Shown here: piece by piece, positions 1 to 12,600 of the stretch
Layout: each line of letters starts with the position of its first letter
Numbering within the stretch: the first letter of the stretch is position 1
Assembly (NCBI GenBank): GCA_950097015.1
Contig: CATNEN010000034.1
Span: 5,270,001 to 5,334,000 of the forward strand
Origin: Macrostomum hystrix
Lineage: Eukaryota > Animalia > Platyhelminthes
DNA length: 64,000 nucleotides
Direction: 5' to 3'
Made by a program: the position numbers and the translations under genes
Notes under the pieces: generated by a model
What the model was told of the DNA's origin: nothing
The model's database searches: none
What the model saw: the letters and a program-made list of their open reading frames with translations, nothing else

Positions 1-729
1 GTGCTGCTGCTGGGCCGCCTGCAGAGTCTGGAGCAGCCTCTCGTACTCAGACAGCGCCTGCTGCGCCCCGGTCAGCTGCTGTTGAGCGCCTTCGACGAGG
101 CCGCGCGCCTTCTGCACCTCGGCCAGGGCCGGCTGCTGAAGGCCGCGCAGAACTTGACTGACTGCTCCAGCCAGGCCGACTGCTTCCTCCAGCGCCGCCT
201 CTGCGTGCTGGCCTAGAGTCTTGCACCTGCTGCCACCAGACGCCGACGAAGCCGGAGGCGGCGATGGTGACGAAGCCGACTGAGGTCGCGGAGGTGCGGG
301 CGGCGGCGGTGGTGGTGGCAGCGGCGTCGGCGGCGGCCCTCCGCTTAATCGAAACGGCAAGAGAAGGGAACCGAGAGCCAGGGCTGCGCTTTCAACGCCT
401 CCGCCGCCAGCCGCTGCAGTCTTGGTGAGATCCAGCGGGCCCGAGGCCTGGTGGGCCAACGCCAGGCGCAGATACTCTTGCAGGCTCATGTGGCTGCTGT
501 GACTGCCGTTGCCGATGCTGCCGCTGCTGCTGCTGTTGCTTCTGCTAGTTTGTCTCTGCTGCATCTCTAGCTTCTGTGTGACGTCTTGCTCGATCGTTGA
601 GTTTCCGTCGCTTATCAACTCCAGCTGGCCCAGCTGCTGCTGCTGCTGTTGGTCGGTGACATTGTGGGGCATCAGGCGCCGAGGCGCTTGGGCCTTGCGC
701 CGATTCGCTGCTGCCGCCGAGCAGTCCAT
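1..729 (-). CDS. N-terminal coding exon of a probable transcriptional regulator (teashirt-like motifs); runs off the window edge
   Basis: Stop-free frame from ATG 729 to base 1 (243 codons), absent from the ORF track because no stop lies in the window: MDCSAAAANRRKAQAPRRLMPHNVTDQQQQQQ...SLQEYLRLALAHQASGPLDLTK...PPPPPPAPP...EYERLLQTLQAAQQH. It is preceded by a pyrimidine tract and acceptor (CAG at 760-758). RRKAQAPRR resembles the TSHZ N-terminus (RRKQQAPRR) and PLDLT is a CtBP-type motif. Confidence 0.6.
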   Translation of the reverse strand, partial: MDCSAAAANRRKAQAPRRLMPHNVTDQQQQQQLGQLELISDGNSTIEQDVTQKLEMQQRQTSRSNSSSSGSIGNGSHSSHMSLQEYLRLALAHQASGPLDLTKTAAAGGGGVESAALALGSLLLPFRLSGGPPPTPLPPPPPPPAPPRPQSASSPSPPPASSASGGSRCKTLGQHAEAALEEAVGLAGAVSQVLRGLQQPALAEVQKARGLVEGAQQQLTGAQQALSEYERLLQTLQAAQQQH

Positions 730-2974
730 GCGGGCTGAGGCTCTGACTGGCCTGCGTCTGTTCGCACAGTGACGGGATCGGGGAGGGTGGGACAGGCGGA
801 GGTGGGGTGGGTTGAACTGAACGGGATGTTTGGAATCCCTCTGTTTTTAGGCCCAAGTGACGCCCCCACCAAATATACTGAAGCCCGCCTCAGGGAACGG
901 ACCAGGCAATTATTAATAAAAAATGTCAGGCCAGCCCGGCCCCATTGTGCGCCAAATATTTCATGGCATGTGCGAGAGTTTCAAAGAGTCTGGGGCCTTT
1001 ACCCACCCGCCCCAAAACTCAGTGCCCAATGAGCTGGTATTGGCTTCTGTCCTTTGCCACACACACACCATGATTAAAAAGCAGCTGTGCGGCTCCCGAG
1101 AGCATGAATAGCACTCAGTAGTGCAGTCGGTGCATCAGCATGTGCATGTGGCTTTGGTAGTTGAGAAAGAAACTAAATGAATACATATTAATGCCGCCAC
1201 TATCTTCTCCTTGTCTATCCTAGTTATAATAAAATTCTGCATTCTATCATCTTTGGTCAAGTGCGCATCGGTCTACCAACCTGTGGCCAAGGTCTTTTTT
1301 CCATTCGTTCGTTTGTTAAATTTCTCATTTGTGCCGTTGCCGCTGATGACGACGCACACCCAGGGTACCCTGCTCAGCGTGGCCAAACCTCTGCTCAGCC
1401 CCCGTAGGCTAAATCTGCAACCATTGCTATTCTTCTATTTCTCTTTCTCTCTTTTTCTTTCGTTCTACTCCGGAGCCTCCGTCCGACCATCCCCCCCCCA
1501 ACCTGACTTGTAGAGTCCACAGTCTGAATACATGACACAATTCGCACATGCTACTTTTAGCTGAGCAGCAGCAGCAGCAGCAGTCAGAGCCAGACAGCCC
1601 AACTCGCTTCAGTTCTACACAATGTCTGCTCATTAGAAAAATGTATAATTTAATTTTTTTTCTATTTCGTAAGCACGCTGAGCGTCATTGTTCAGACGGG
1701 TTAGCCAATAGTACAGATTTATTTATTTACTGGGCCCTAAATAGCAGTGTCAGCCTTACCTTCGATAGTGGCTAATTCAGTCTCAAACAACGGACAGAAC
1801 GCTGAACAGCTTCATCGAATTTGACCGGCTCAACCTCAGCCTCTGCAACAGGCGCATGAAATTCTGCATAGGAGGACACAGAATGGGGCGATCAAAAGAC
1901 GAAACGATGGGTACAGGGAAAGCTGCGGGGTTGATGGCAGGCCAAGCAGACTCAAACACACTGTATTTAATGTGGGGATGAGAGAGATACTAACATTGGA
2001 TAAATGAGCGCAGAGGCAGCAGAGATTAAAGCTGGAAAAAATTGAGAGTGCGAAATGAACACTCTAGCCGCACCCTAGCGACGGAGCAGTGCGTTGGGGA
2101 GGCGCAGACAGGCAGAAGTAGTGAAACAGCTTAGCTATAACAGCCAGGTAGTCCCAGATGATTAACACTCCCCCATAGCTCGTCTTCATGAGGTGGGGAC
2201 ACACACACAGCTGCGGACAAGCTGAGGTGTAGGCCGCTGCCGCCGCCGCCGCTGCTGCTACTGCTGCTGCTTCAAGGTAGCGCAGGCGTGGGAAGACGAG
2301 TTTCCGTTGCCGGGGTTGGTGAATGGGTTGGGGAAGACGAGGAATTCTAGAAATCAAGCGGACAGAGAGGAGGAAGGTATGGGTGGGAGCAGATAGAAAT
2401 TAGAAAGAGAAAGGGGTCTAGCTGGAGAAGCACCTATTCCGTGCGCAGTGACTGATTGCACGCGCAAGTCTGAGAGCAACAAAGTTAAACATGCAAGCGT
2501 CGAATGGATGAAAATGTAATGGGGCGGGCGCGCCCCGTGTTGTGCGTGAATATTATTTCGCCGTTGATTTCCAGATCCTAGATTTTCTCTCTCGTTCCCT
2601 GTGGCCTGTGCAGCCTGTTTCACCTGTCCCGCGAGAGGCATCAGCACATGCACTGGGTCACCAGTGTTCGCGTGTGCCCGTGTCAAAACATGCACAACTT
2701 GCTTTAGTAGCGCAAGTTAATGCTGCTAACACGCATGGCCCAGACATTTCCTGATCTAATCTTTCTTTTTACAGTATTTGTCTACCTTCTACTGCGCCCG
2801 ATATGCCCTTCAACAGTAGAATGGAAAATTGCGTACCGTACGGTCCCGTACGGGCAATCCTTGGGGATGGGGCAGAATTTAAACCCATCAGTCAAAAGAG
2901 TTAAATTTTAACGATTGCATTCGGGGCGCTAGAACCGGAATCTGTTAGTTTGCCTGCGAAACGGGTGGGACAGG

Positions 2975-3280
2975 AGAGATTCTCAGAGGAGAGATTGGAT
3001 AGGAGAGATTCTCAGAGGAGAGATTGGACAGGAGAGATTCTCAGAGGAGAGATGGGACAGGAGAGATGGGACAGGAGAGATTCTCAGAGGAGAGATGGGA
3101 CAGGAGAGATTATCAGAGGAGAGATGGGACAAGAGAGATTCTCAGAGGAGAGATGGGACAGGAGAGATTCTCAGAGGAGAGATGGGACAGGAGAGATGAG
3201 ACAAGAGAGATGGGACAGGAGAGATGGGACAGGAGAGATGGGACAGGAGAGATGGGACAGGAGAGATGGGACAGGATTGG
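2975..3280. repeat. Minisatellite, 14-15 bp units (GGGACAGGAGAGAT / TCTCAGAGGAGAGAT)
   Basis: Direct tandem repetition; produces the spurious MGQERWDRRD ORFs. Confidence 0.95.
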
Positions 3281-4139
3281 AGAGACGCGAAGGAGGGAGA
3301 GAAGAGGCAGAAGCGCTGAAAGCAGAGGCGGGAGAGATAAAATGTCACAGAGGAATTCTAGCGATTATCCAAGCCTCGGGTATCAGAGCCGAAACCTCGC
3401 ACAATGTTCAAGCTATGATCCCAGAAATAGGCAAGGGTGAAGGGATTCTCTGGGAAAACTTTGCTTCAAATCCAATAGACTATTATGAAAGCAAGTTTAT
3501 CCCTATGGGGAAGCAGATGTTGAACTTAAAAAAGCTTAAAAACAATAACATGTCGAGCTGGCAGGACTGACAGGCTTTCAGAATGTCATTGCCAAATAAA
3601 ATCATGAAGACTTCCACATTAGTTCACGCACGCATCACATCTGATGAAGCAGCAACAGCAGCAGCGGCGGGGCGGCAGCATGTTTAGGAAAAAGGAAGTG
3701 CCGTGCCGTGAGGCCGAGAGGATGCAGTTAGGGGCAGGTGTTCGCACAGGAAGGCTTGACATTCACAGAGAACAAGGCTGGGCAATTCAGAGGAAAACAA
3801 GAAACTAGAAAAAAACTATTGGTTAGAACCGCTAAAGCAATTGACTGAAGATAAATGTGTGAGTTAGTGGTGGGACTTTATTACCAGTGTAAATTCAATT
3901 AACAGCTATTCAATTTTGCAAAGAGTTTAACTTTTTTACTAAATATACGACCCGTATTTTCAATTTTTTTCATAGCATTTTAACAAAGAAAGTTAGTTGA
4001 AGCTGTTCTCCAGATTTATGTTACTGTGGGAGAAAAAACATGCAAACAATAGCTTTATAGAGATCCACCAGTTCGATGAGCGCTAGAATCGGAATCTAGC
4101 TGGTACTCTGCCTGCGAACAGGTGAGATTCTGATTGGAG

Positions 4140-4950
4140 AATGGGACAGGAGATATGAGAGAGGAGGGAGAGGACATATGGAACAGGAGAGAGGGGACTG
4201 GAGAGATGGGACTGGAGAGATGGGACAGGAGAGATGGGACAGGAGAGATGGGACAGGAGAGATTCTCAGAGGAGAGATGGGACAGGAGAGATGGGACTGC
4301 AGAGATGGGACAGGAGAGATGGGACAGGAGAGATGGGACTGCAGAGATGGGTCAGGAGAGATGGGACAGGAGAGATGGGACAGGAGAGATGGGACTGCAG
4401 AGATGGGACTGGAGAGATGGGACAGGAGAGATGGGACAGGAGAGATGGGACTGCAGAGATGGGACAGGAGAGATGGGACAGGAGAGATGGGACTGCAGAG
4501 ATGGGACAGGAGAGATGGGACTGCAGAGATGGGACTGCAGAGATGGGACTGCAGAGATGGGACTGCAGAGATGGGACTGCAGAGATGGGACTGCAGAGAT
4601 GGGACTGCAGAGATGGGACTGCAGAGATGGGACAGCAGAGATGGGATAGGAGAGATGGGACTGCAGAGATGGGATAGGAGAGATGGGACTGCAGAGATGG
4701 GACTGCAGAGATGGGATAGGAGAGATGGGACTGCAGAGATGGGACAGGAGAGATGGGACAGGAGAGATGGGACAGGAGAGATGGGACTGCAGAGATGGGA
4801 CTGCAGAGATGGGACAGGAGAGATGGGACTGCAGAGATGGGACAGGAGAGATGGGACAGGAGAGATGGGACAGCAGAGATGGGACTGCAGAGATGGGACT
4901 GCAGAGATGGGACTGCAGAGATGGGACTGCAGAGATGGGACTGCAGAGAT
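4140..4950. repeat. Minisatellite, 14 bp units (GGGACAGGAGAGAT / GGGACTGCAGAGAT)
   Basis: Direct tandem repetition, more than 50 units; same family as 2975-3280. Confidence 0.95.
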
Positions 4951-5389
4951 ACTTCCCAGGTCAGAAAAGCAACTTTGCGGAGCTCGATGTCAGGGTGACA
5001 CTCAGCCAGCTGGCTCTAGTTTATTCAATACGATGCAGCGGCCCAACATACCTCACGGAATGTGACACCTTCAAAGTGGCAAAACAGCAGCTGGATCATT
5101 GCTAGGCTACCCTTTAGCACCTCTGCGATAGACCTACAATGTTGAAGAGAGTGGTGTCGGATGTGAAAAATGCGTGTAAAAATGCGCCAACAAGATGATT
5201 CACAATATTTCACGCTCCATACAAAAATCCGTTATGTGGCGGAATGAAAAGAGCGGCCTCGGATAACAGTGATGGATGCTGGGAGGCACCATTTGGCATT
5301 CGCTTTGTCACTTTAGATGCTAAATTACAGACAATACATCTGATGGTGTTTTGGTGTATCATCGGTACCCTGGAGTCTTTGATTTATTC

Positions 5390-5810
5390 CACTGATTGAA
5401 TAGCTTCTCCCACACTTATCCCAATCATTTCCATTGATGGAATAGCTTCTCCCACATTTATCCCAATCATTTCCATTGATGGAATAGCTTCTCCCACACT
5501 TATCCCAATCATTTCGATTGATGGAATAGCTTCTCCCACACTTATCCCAATCATTTCCATTGATGGAATAGCTTCTCCCACATTTATCCTAATCATTTCC
5601 ATTGATAGAATAGCTTCTCCCACATTTATCCCAATCATTTCCATTGATATTATAGCTTCTCCCACATTTATCCCAATCATTTCCATTGATGGAATAGCTT
5701 CTCCCACATTTATCCCAATCATTTCCATTGATGGAATAGCTTCTCCCACATTTATCCCAATCATTTCCATTGATGGAATAGCTTCTCCCACAATTATCCC
5801 AATCATTTCC
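5390..5810. repeat. 42-bp tandem repeat, about 10 copies (GAATAGCTTCTCCCACATTTATCCCAATCATTTCCATTGATG)
   Basis: Direct repetition; explains the EMIGINVGEAIPSM repeat ORF. Confidence 0.95.
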
Positions 5811-7009
5811 ACAGACGCGAAATCACCTAGCTCCAGCATGTAACTCCAATTTTCTCGCCTCTTCAAAATCCCATAATTTTGATGCCCTAAGCATTGTAGG
5901 AATATTTCACGGCTTTATAAAAAAATGCTAGGCAATTCTCTGTTCGCAGTTAGCTACAATCGCAGAATTTTTCGCCAATGTTTCCCAGATTCAATATAAC
6001 ATTCAGAATCAAATCCTTCTCTATAGCAATGCCAATCTCCCTAGCACAATGTACCGTTTCTATCAGCGAACCGGTGTCGCAGTTCCGCTCTGACATTCGC
6101 TTCAAATTCGAATTGGATTTCGCAAACATCCATCGCCTTGTGAACCAGATTTTTATTGCACAGGAAGCCCGGCGAAGTCTATTACGCGGAAGATATTTCA
6201 CAATGCCTGACTCGGCCCCGCCGATGCAAAGTTCAACGGATATAAAAACAGGATTCGGCCCGTGCCAAAGCATTCCCCCCGGAATCCTCGTTCCATTGTC
6301 CCAATGGCTGCATATAGGCAAGGTAACACACATGCGCAGGTGGATAGCACCGTATGCGTGTGGACCTGCCATATAGACCAACCCTAGTAACACCTGGTGA
6401 TGTTTTCAGGTGCCTCATTCAACCTCGCAGCAGACCCCGCTGACACAAGGACACGCATTCAGCCAGTTTGCAATATAATCTATCCAAGTTCGTGATTAAT
6501 TTCTTCTTCTTTCGCACAACTTTTTTTGCATCAACGGGCGCAAGTTTTTCAAAGCTGAGCCATCTGTCCCTGTTTGATTATCACGCTGCTTTGGCTTCGA
6601 ATTCTATACTATCGGCCAGCATGTATTTCACAGGCAGGTTGCTCAGTCACGACTCATGTAAGCAGGCCATAGTTTTTGTTAGCTGTGGTCTCAGTAAATC
6701 TGCATGGTATAAAAAGGACAAATATAGCATATTTCTGTCTACAAATCTCATAATTAACCATCTCTAATTGGTTATAGGAAGATTAGAAGTACAATATCCC
6801 AAGAAGACGGTAGCAGCTTTTGCTATAACTTTGTTAATGCATAATTAATTATTGAAAGCCCTTAAACAAGCAGATAAGATCACAAGGACATGAAAATATT
6901 TCAGATGATTAGCGCTAGGAAAATTTCCAACAACATAGGAAAAATTCAAGAAGAATCGGAATAATCGACGAGGATGCGATTCGTGAAAAATCCCATCAGG
7001 ATGATTAAA

Positions 7010-7715
7010 ATCCCGTCAAGATGATTAGAATCCCATCAAGATGATTAGAATACCGTCAAGATGGTTCAAATCCCATCAGAATGACTAGAATCCCGTCAAG
7101 ATGGTTCAGATCCCATCAGGATGACTAGAATCCCGTCAAGATGGTTCAGATCCCATCAGGATGACTAGAATCCCGTCAAGATGGTTCAGATCCCATCAGG
7201 ATGACTAGAATCCCGTCAAGATGGTTCAGATCCCATCAGGATGACTAGAATCCCGTCAAGATGGTTCAGATCCCATCAGGATGACTAGAATCCCGTCAAG
7301 ATGGTTCAAATCCCATCAGGATGACTAGAATCCCGTCAAGATGGTTCAGATCCCATCAGGATGACTAGAATACCGTCAAGATGGTTCAGATCCCATCAGG
7401 ATGACTAGAATCCCGTCAAGATGGTTCAGATCCCATCAGGATGACTAGAATCCCGTCAAGATGGTTCAGATCCCATCAGGATGACTAGAATCCCGTCAAG
7501 ATGGTTCAGATCCCATCAGGATGACTAGAATCCCGTCAAGATGGTTCAGATCCCATCAGGATGACTAGAATCCCGTCAAGATGGTTCAGATCCGACCAGG
7601 ATGACTAGAATCCCGTCAAGATGGTTCAGATCCGACCAGGATGACTAGAATCCCGTCAAGATGGTTCAGATCCCATCAGGATGACTAGAATCCCGTCAAG
7701 ATGGTTCAGAACCCA
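7010..7715. repeat. 40-bp tandem repeat (dimer of related 20-mers ATGACTAGAATCCCGTCAAG / ATGGTTCAGATCCCATCAGG), about 16-17 copies
   Basis: Direct repetition with a degenerate 20-bp lead-in at 6995-7080. Confidence 0.95.
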
Positions 7716-8884
7716 GCTCAGGATTGTTCAAATCCTATTAGAATGAGAAAAATAATAACAGAATATGGCTCTACACAGATATAAGAGGAACTAATTTGGT
7801 AGGAAGTAAGGTTTTCTTCTTCGATTTTTTCTATTTATTTGCTAAGAAAGTATTTCACAGGCTGTTAATTCTGCAAATATTGAATTTGGGAAGATTCTGC
7901 TGCACTACACACTGATAAACTTGTACACTTGTAAACTAGACACTTCCTTCCTTGATATTCCGCATCTTAAAACACAGTAATCGAGGCCGGTGTAAGCAAC
8001 GGTGTTGCAAACTAAATCCAGATGAATTGAACAGCATGGAGCGACACCTGTTTTGTTCCCTGCTACTATAAATAAATAAAGTTAGGTAATAGAAAGTGTG
8101 TAGTCAGCTAATGTACCAATTTCAGTATTCCCGCTTCGCCGTTAAAAATGCTCCTGTTTTAGAAATGTTCAATATTTTTCTGCTGTAAAATTACGCAGAA
8201 TTAAGTATTAGTGCTAGCAAGATGGCGCAGTCGGGCCTAAATATCCTACTGAAAGTAGCGCGATTGAAAATTTGAAATCTGAAAAAAAATAAAACGAACT
8301 GATGTAAAATTTTGTACGACTTTGAGGTAAAAATCAAGATTATTAAATCTAGCTAAAAGCAACATTTATTTTAAAAAATGTACAAACTAAGTACGTCGGC
8401 AGCATGTGTGATTTTTTTCTGTTTGCAAACGAATGCACAAAATGTGTTGTTAAGAAACAAAAAACGGATGCTAAAAATGGTAGAAAAAATTATCAAATCA
8501 ACAATGAACCAAATACTGGGTAGACCATTGAATCTGAACATAAGCAGTGTTAGATGGACAAGCAATATGTATAGGAAATTTGAACAGGACGCTATGAGTA
8601 CAAGTACATATGTACATAAATAAGCATAAGAAGCTATGCTATAAAGTATAATCAATACCGTCATCAGATATCAAGAATAAATAAATATAAATATCCAAAT
8701 ATGGTTTATACTACTAGCAGCAATGGCCATGCAAAACAGGCATTGAAGAAATAACAATAAAAAACCAGAAAATGAAAACAATATGTGTCTAGTACTACTG
8801 ACGCGCACAATGCAGTAGCCAAGTATTCCAACTCAGTGTACTGTTTTTTTTACAAAAAAGGCTAACACACAATTGACACAAAAC

Positions 8885-8886
8885 GG

Positions 8887-8918
<32 letters not shown>
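8885..8918. repeat. (TTGA)n microsatellite
   Basis: About 8 copies of ttga. Confidence 0.9.
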
Positions 8919-8919
<1 letters not shown>

Positions 8920-9129
8920 CGTTGGTTGTAATAGAACAAACGATATTCCATAACAGCAGAACAGGAAGATACTAAAATATATGAAAGCGTTGCTTCAGAT
9001 AACTGAAGAAGAGAAAACAACAAGACACACCCTTGAATTTCCGCTGAAATCCCGACAAGGCAACAGTACAGTCGGGGAAATATTTTATTACCTAGCTTAT
9101 CCAGGATACCCAATAACTACACTTAATTT

Positions 9130-9560
9130 CTGGGGATGTGAATTATCCCAAATATCGCTAAATCCCATCAATATCCGAGAAAAATGGTTGAAATCCAACC
9201 AGCATGGGAAAATCGTAACGTGGATGGGAAAATTCCTATCAGGACTTAATGAGATTATCAAGATGGGTAGAATCCCATTACGATGGGAAAAATCCCACGA
9301 TGTCTGGGAAAAGTCCTATCGGGATGTGATTGGAAAAATATATTTTATCAAGATGGCAAAAATTCCAACATTTATGGGAAGAATCCCAACACGTACGGGA
9401 AGAATCCCAACACGGATGGGAAGAATCCCAACATAAATGGGAAGAATCCCAACACGGATGGGAAAAGTCCCATCAGTGTGGGAAAAATCCAAACATAAAA
9501 GGAAAAAACCCCAATCGGGATGGATCCTAAAAATCCCCATTTGAAAATCCCTCTTTGAAA
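9130..9560. repeat. Degenerate ~21-bp repeat (ATGGGAAGAATCCCAACACGG-like)
   Basis: Near-perfect core at 9373-9470 with degenerate GGGA..TCCC units on both sides. Confidence 0.8.
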
Positions 9561-9677
9561 ATCCCACCCAGGTAAGAGCATAAATTCCAAAATTAAGCGA
9601 AAAAAAATTATAAAACATCTTATCAAGCCTTCAGGAATATTCTAGAGTTTCTTCTGAGATGGAGACTGCCCCAGCCG

Positions 9678-12600
9678 TTATCCAGACTCCGGGCTGGAAA
9701 ATCGCCGTCCAATGGCTTCTGTCGAAACTGCGGCGGCGATGGAGGCCTCAGCTTCGGCCACCAGCTGCGCCAGGCTCTGATCCAGGAGGGCGCGACCTCG
9801 CGAACCGGCAGCCAAGGAAGGCGATGAAGAGGAGGATGAGGACGAGGAAGAAGAGCCGGGAGCAAACTGTTGCATAGTCTGGGCCAGGCCGGCCCTGGCT
9901 GTCGGATCCAGCACCAGCAGGGCGCCGTGGAAGCCGGACTCGCGAAGTGAACGAGCTGCTGCTGAAGCCGATGCAGACGAGCCGTCCTCGCGCAGAAGGC
10001 CGAGGCTGCGAAGCCAGCGCTGAAGGCGTTCGTTTGACCAGACCAGGAGGTCTGCGGGCGGAGGGGGAAGCGGATGAATTGAAAAGTAGAAATCAACTGG
10101 AAGCAATGACAAACGAGATGACCCAGGAGAGAAGGTCAATGACCCACCCGATGACCCGGAAGCCAAGGTCAACGAGCCACTAGACAAGTCAACGAGCACA
10201 ATTCTGCTCATTTCGCCGACTCCTGAGCACACACGCACACGGATACGTACGCAGGCACACAATCACACAGGTGTTTACATCTGCCCTGAATTTCTCATCG
10301 TCAGGCAGTGTACACTCTCACTGTGCCATGGAGATTGGCCTTGAAGGGCGTAAATTGCAAGACAAGCCCCTAAGCCTTCTCTACGCGGCTGCGTCCCAAA
10401 ATAAATGTGGCCTCGCCGCGGAATCGAACTCAGGAACCTTGGCGCGAGAGGCGAACGCGTTAGACTGCACTGCCACTCAACCCCTCAATGACCAATTAGA
10501 ATACGCAAGGAATTGAGCAGCCTAAATGTTGCTCCAAAATGTTCAGCTCACCCTTGTCAACCGTGGCACACGCCTCCTGCCTATCCTCCAGAGCCTGCCT
10601 ATCGAAGCCGACCAGTTCCAGGGCGCGCAGGCCGCAGGACAGCGACCGCCGATGCCCAGAGTCGGACATTCGCAGATGACCTCGGAGCTCCTTCTTGCCT
10701 AGACGCGGCAGCATTCTGGCATCGACTAGGCAGTCCATGAAGGCAGATCTGTACTGGCCGAGGCCAAGGCCGGGCAGCCACACGTTGCCAACCCAGTCGT
10801 GGCCCATGCGGCCGCAGACCAGGCTGGGACAGGAGCCGCCCCCCTGACCGGCCGTCCAGTCCAGCATCTCCTGAACTGCTAGCCGGAGCTTCAATCGGTG
10901 CAAAGGATTGGAAATGCCCAATTCTCTTTGAATATCCTGATCGGATAAGCTGGCCATGATGGCGCCAGACTTGACATTGGCCCGACAGGCGGCCACGTAC
11001 CAGTCGGGCATGCCGACCCACAGCTCCAGCCAGGCCACCACTGTTGGCCCAGTCCACTGGCTGAAGCTGACTCGGTCTCGCATGGCCTGATCCAGGAGGT
11101 CTTCTCTTTAAGGAAATTTGAGAGGTGGCGAGGTGGGTGGAAAGCTTTAGATGGCTTATCTACGAGCCGTAGATCCGCAATAACAAAAAAAAATGTTCCC
11201 CCATTTTATCCTCACTTTTTCCTACGCAGCCTCTCCTGATCTCCGCCGAAGAAGCTGTGCCCGCTGGAGGTCATGGTGTCGTCCGGGAATCTGGCATCGT
11301 AGCGAGAGGAGCCATCTGCGGAGATTCAAGTCCATGCAATGCGAGCAATACGATTGGACGATTGGGAAACTTTTATCTGGGAAGTTTGTACTTTTATGAA
11401 TCGCGAGGATATGATAGGTTTGTACTTTTATGAATCATGGGGATATGAGAGGCTTGTACTTTTATGAATCATGGAGATATGAGAGGCTTGTACTTTTATG
11501 AATCATGGGGGTATGATAGGTTTGTACTTTTATGAATCGCGAGGATATGATAGGTTTGTACTTTTATGAATCATGGGGATATGAGAGGCTTGTACTTTTA
11601 TGAATCATGGAGATATGAGAGGTTTGTACTTTTATGAATCATGGGGATATGAGAAGTTTGTACTTTTATGAATCGCGAGGATTTGATAGGTTTGTACTTT
11701 TATGAATCATGGGGATATGAGAGGCTTGTACTTTTATGAATCATGGAGATATGAGAGGTTTGTACTTTTATGAATCATGGAGATATGAGAGGTTTGTACT
11801 TTTATGAATCATGGGGGTATGATAGGTTTGTAATTTTATGAATCATGGGGATATGAGAGGTTTGTACTTTTATGAATCGCGAGGATATGATAGGTTTGTA
11901 CTTTTTTGGCCTTTAGGGATCAGGTAGGAGACCTAAATGAAGCGAGTATAATCCTGTCCATACCCAGGGTGCGCGATCTAGGCGGCTGCGGCGAGTCAGG
12001 TCTTCGAAATATTCTACCAAGAGTGCCACCGAGGCGGGACTTCTTCTTCGCTCCGGCGCTGCCGCCGCCCAGAGTGGCAGAGAGTTGCGGCGACGCGGAA
12101 GAGTTACTGCCGCCGTACATATAATTACTGTAACTGTTATTACTATTATTGTTATTAGAAGCGTTACTAGTGGTGACGTTGAGGGAGTCGCGACTGCCGC
12201 CTGAGTTCGGAGACGAGTTCGGCGAAGAGCCGATGGCGATCTCCGGCGATCTATAATGGAGAAGAGAGAGGCGAGTCCGATATGTAGCGAAAAAACTATT
12301 TTTTACACTCATCAGTTGAGGAATTAGTTACTTTAGATCAAAATGTATTGTATTGTATCGAATACGATTTCGATACGATAATACAAGGAAAAACTGTTTA
12401 ACTTAGAAGTGGTAGCAGCCTGAAGGATAAGGGGAAGCAGCCTGAAGGATAAGGGGAAGCAGCCTGAAGGATAAGGGCTAGCAGCCTGAAGAATAAGGGG
12501 AAGCAGCCTGAAGGATAACGGGAAGCAGCCTGAAGGATAAGGGAAGGATAAAGGGCTAGCAGCCAGAAGGATAAGGGAAGGATAAGGGCTAGCAGCCTGA

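Noticed and set aside
2950-5105. Long + strand ORFs (MGQERWDRRD / MGLQRWDCRD repeats)
   Set aside because: Translations of a 14-bp minisatellite, open in several frames at once.
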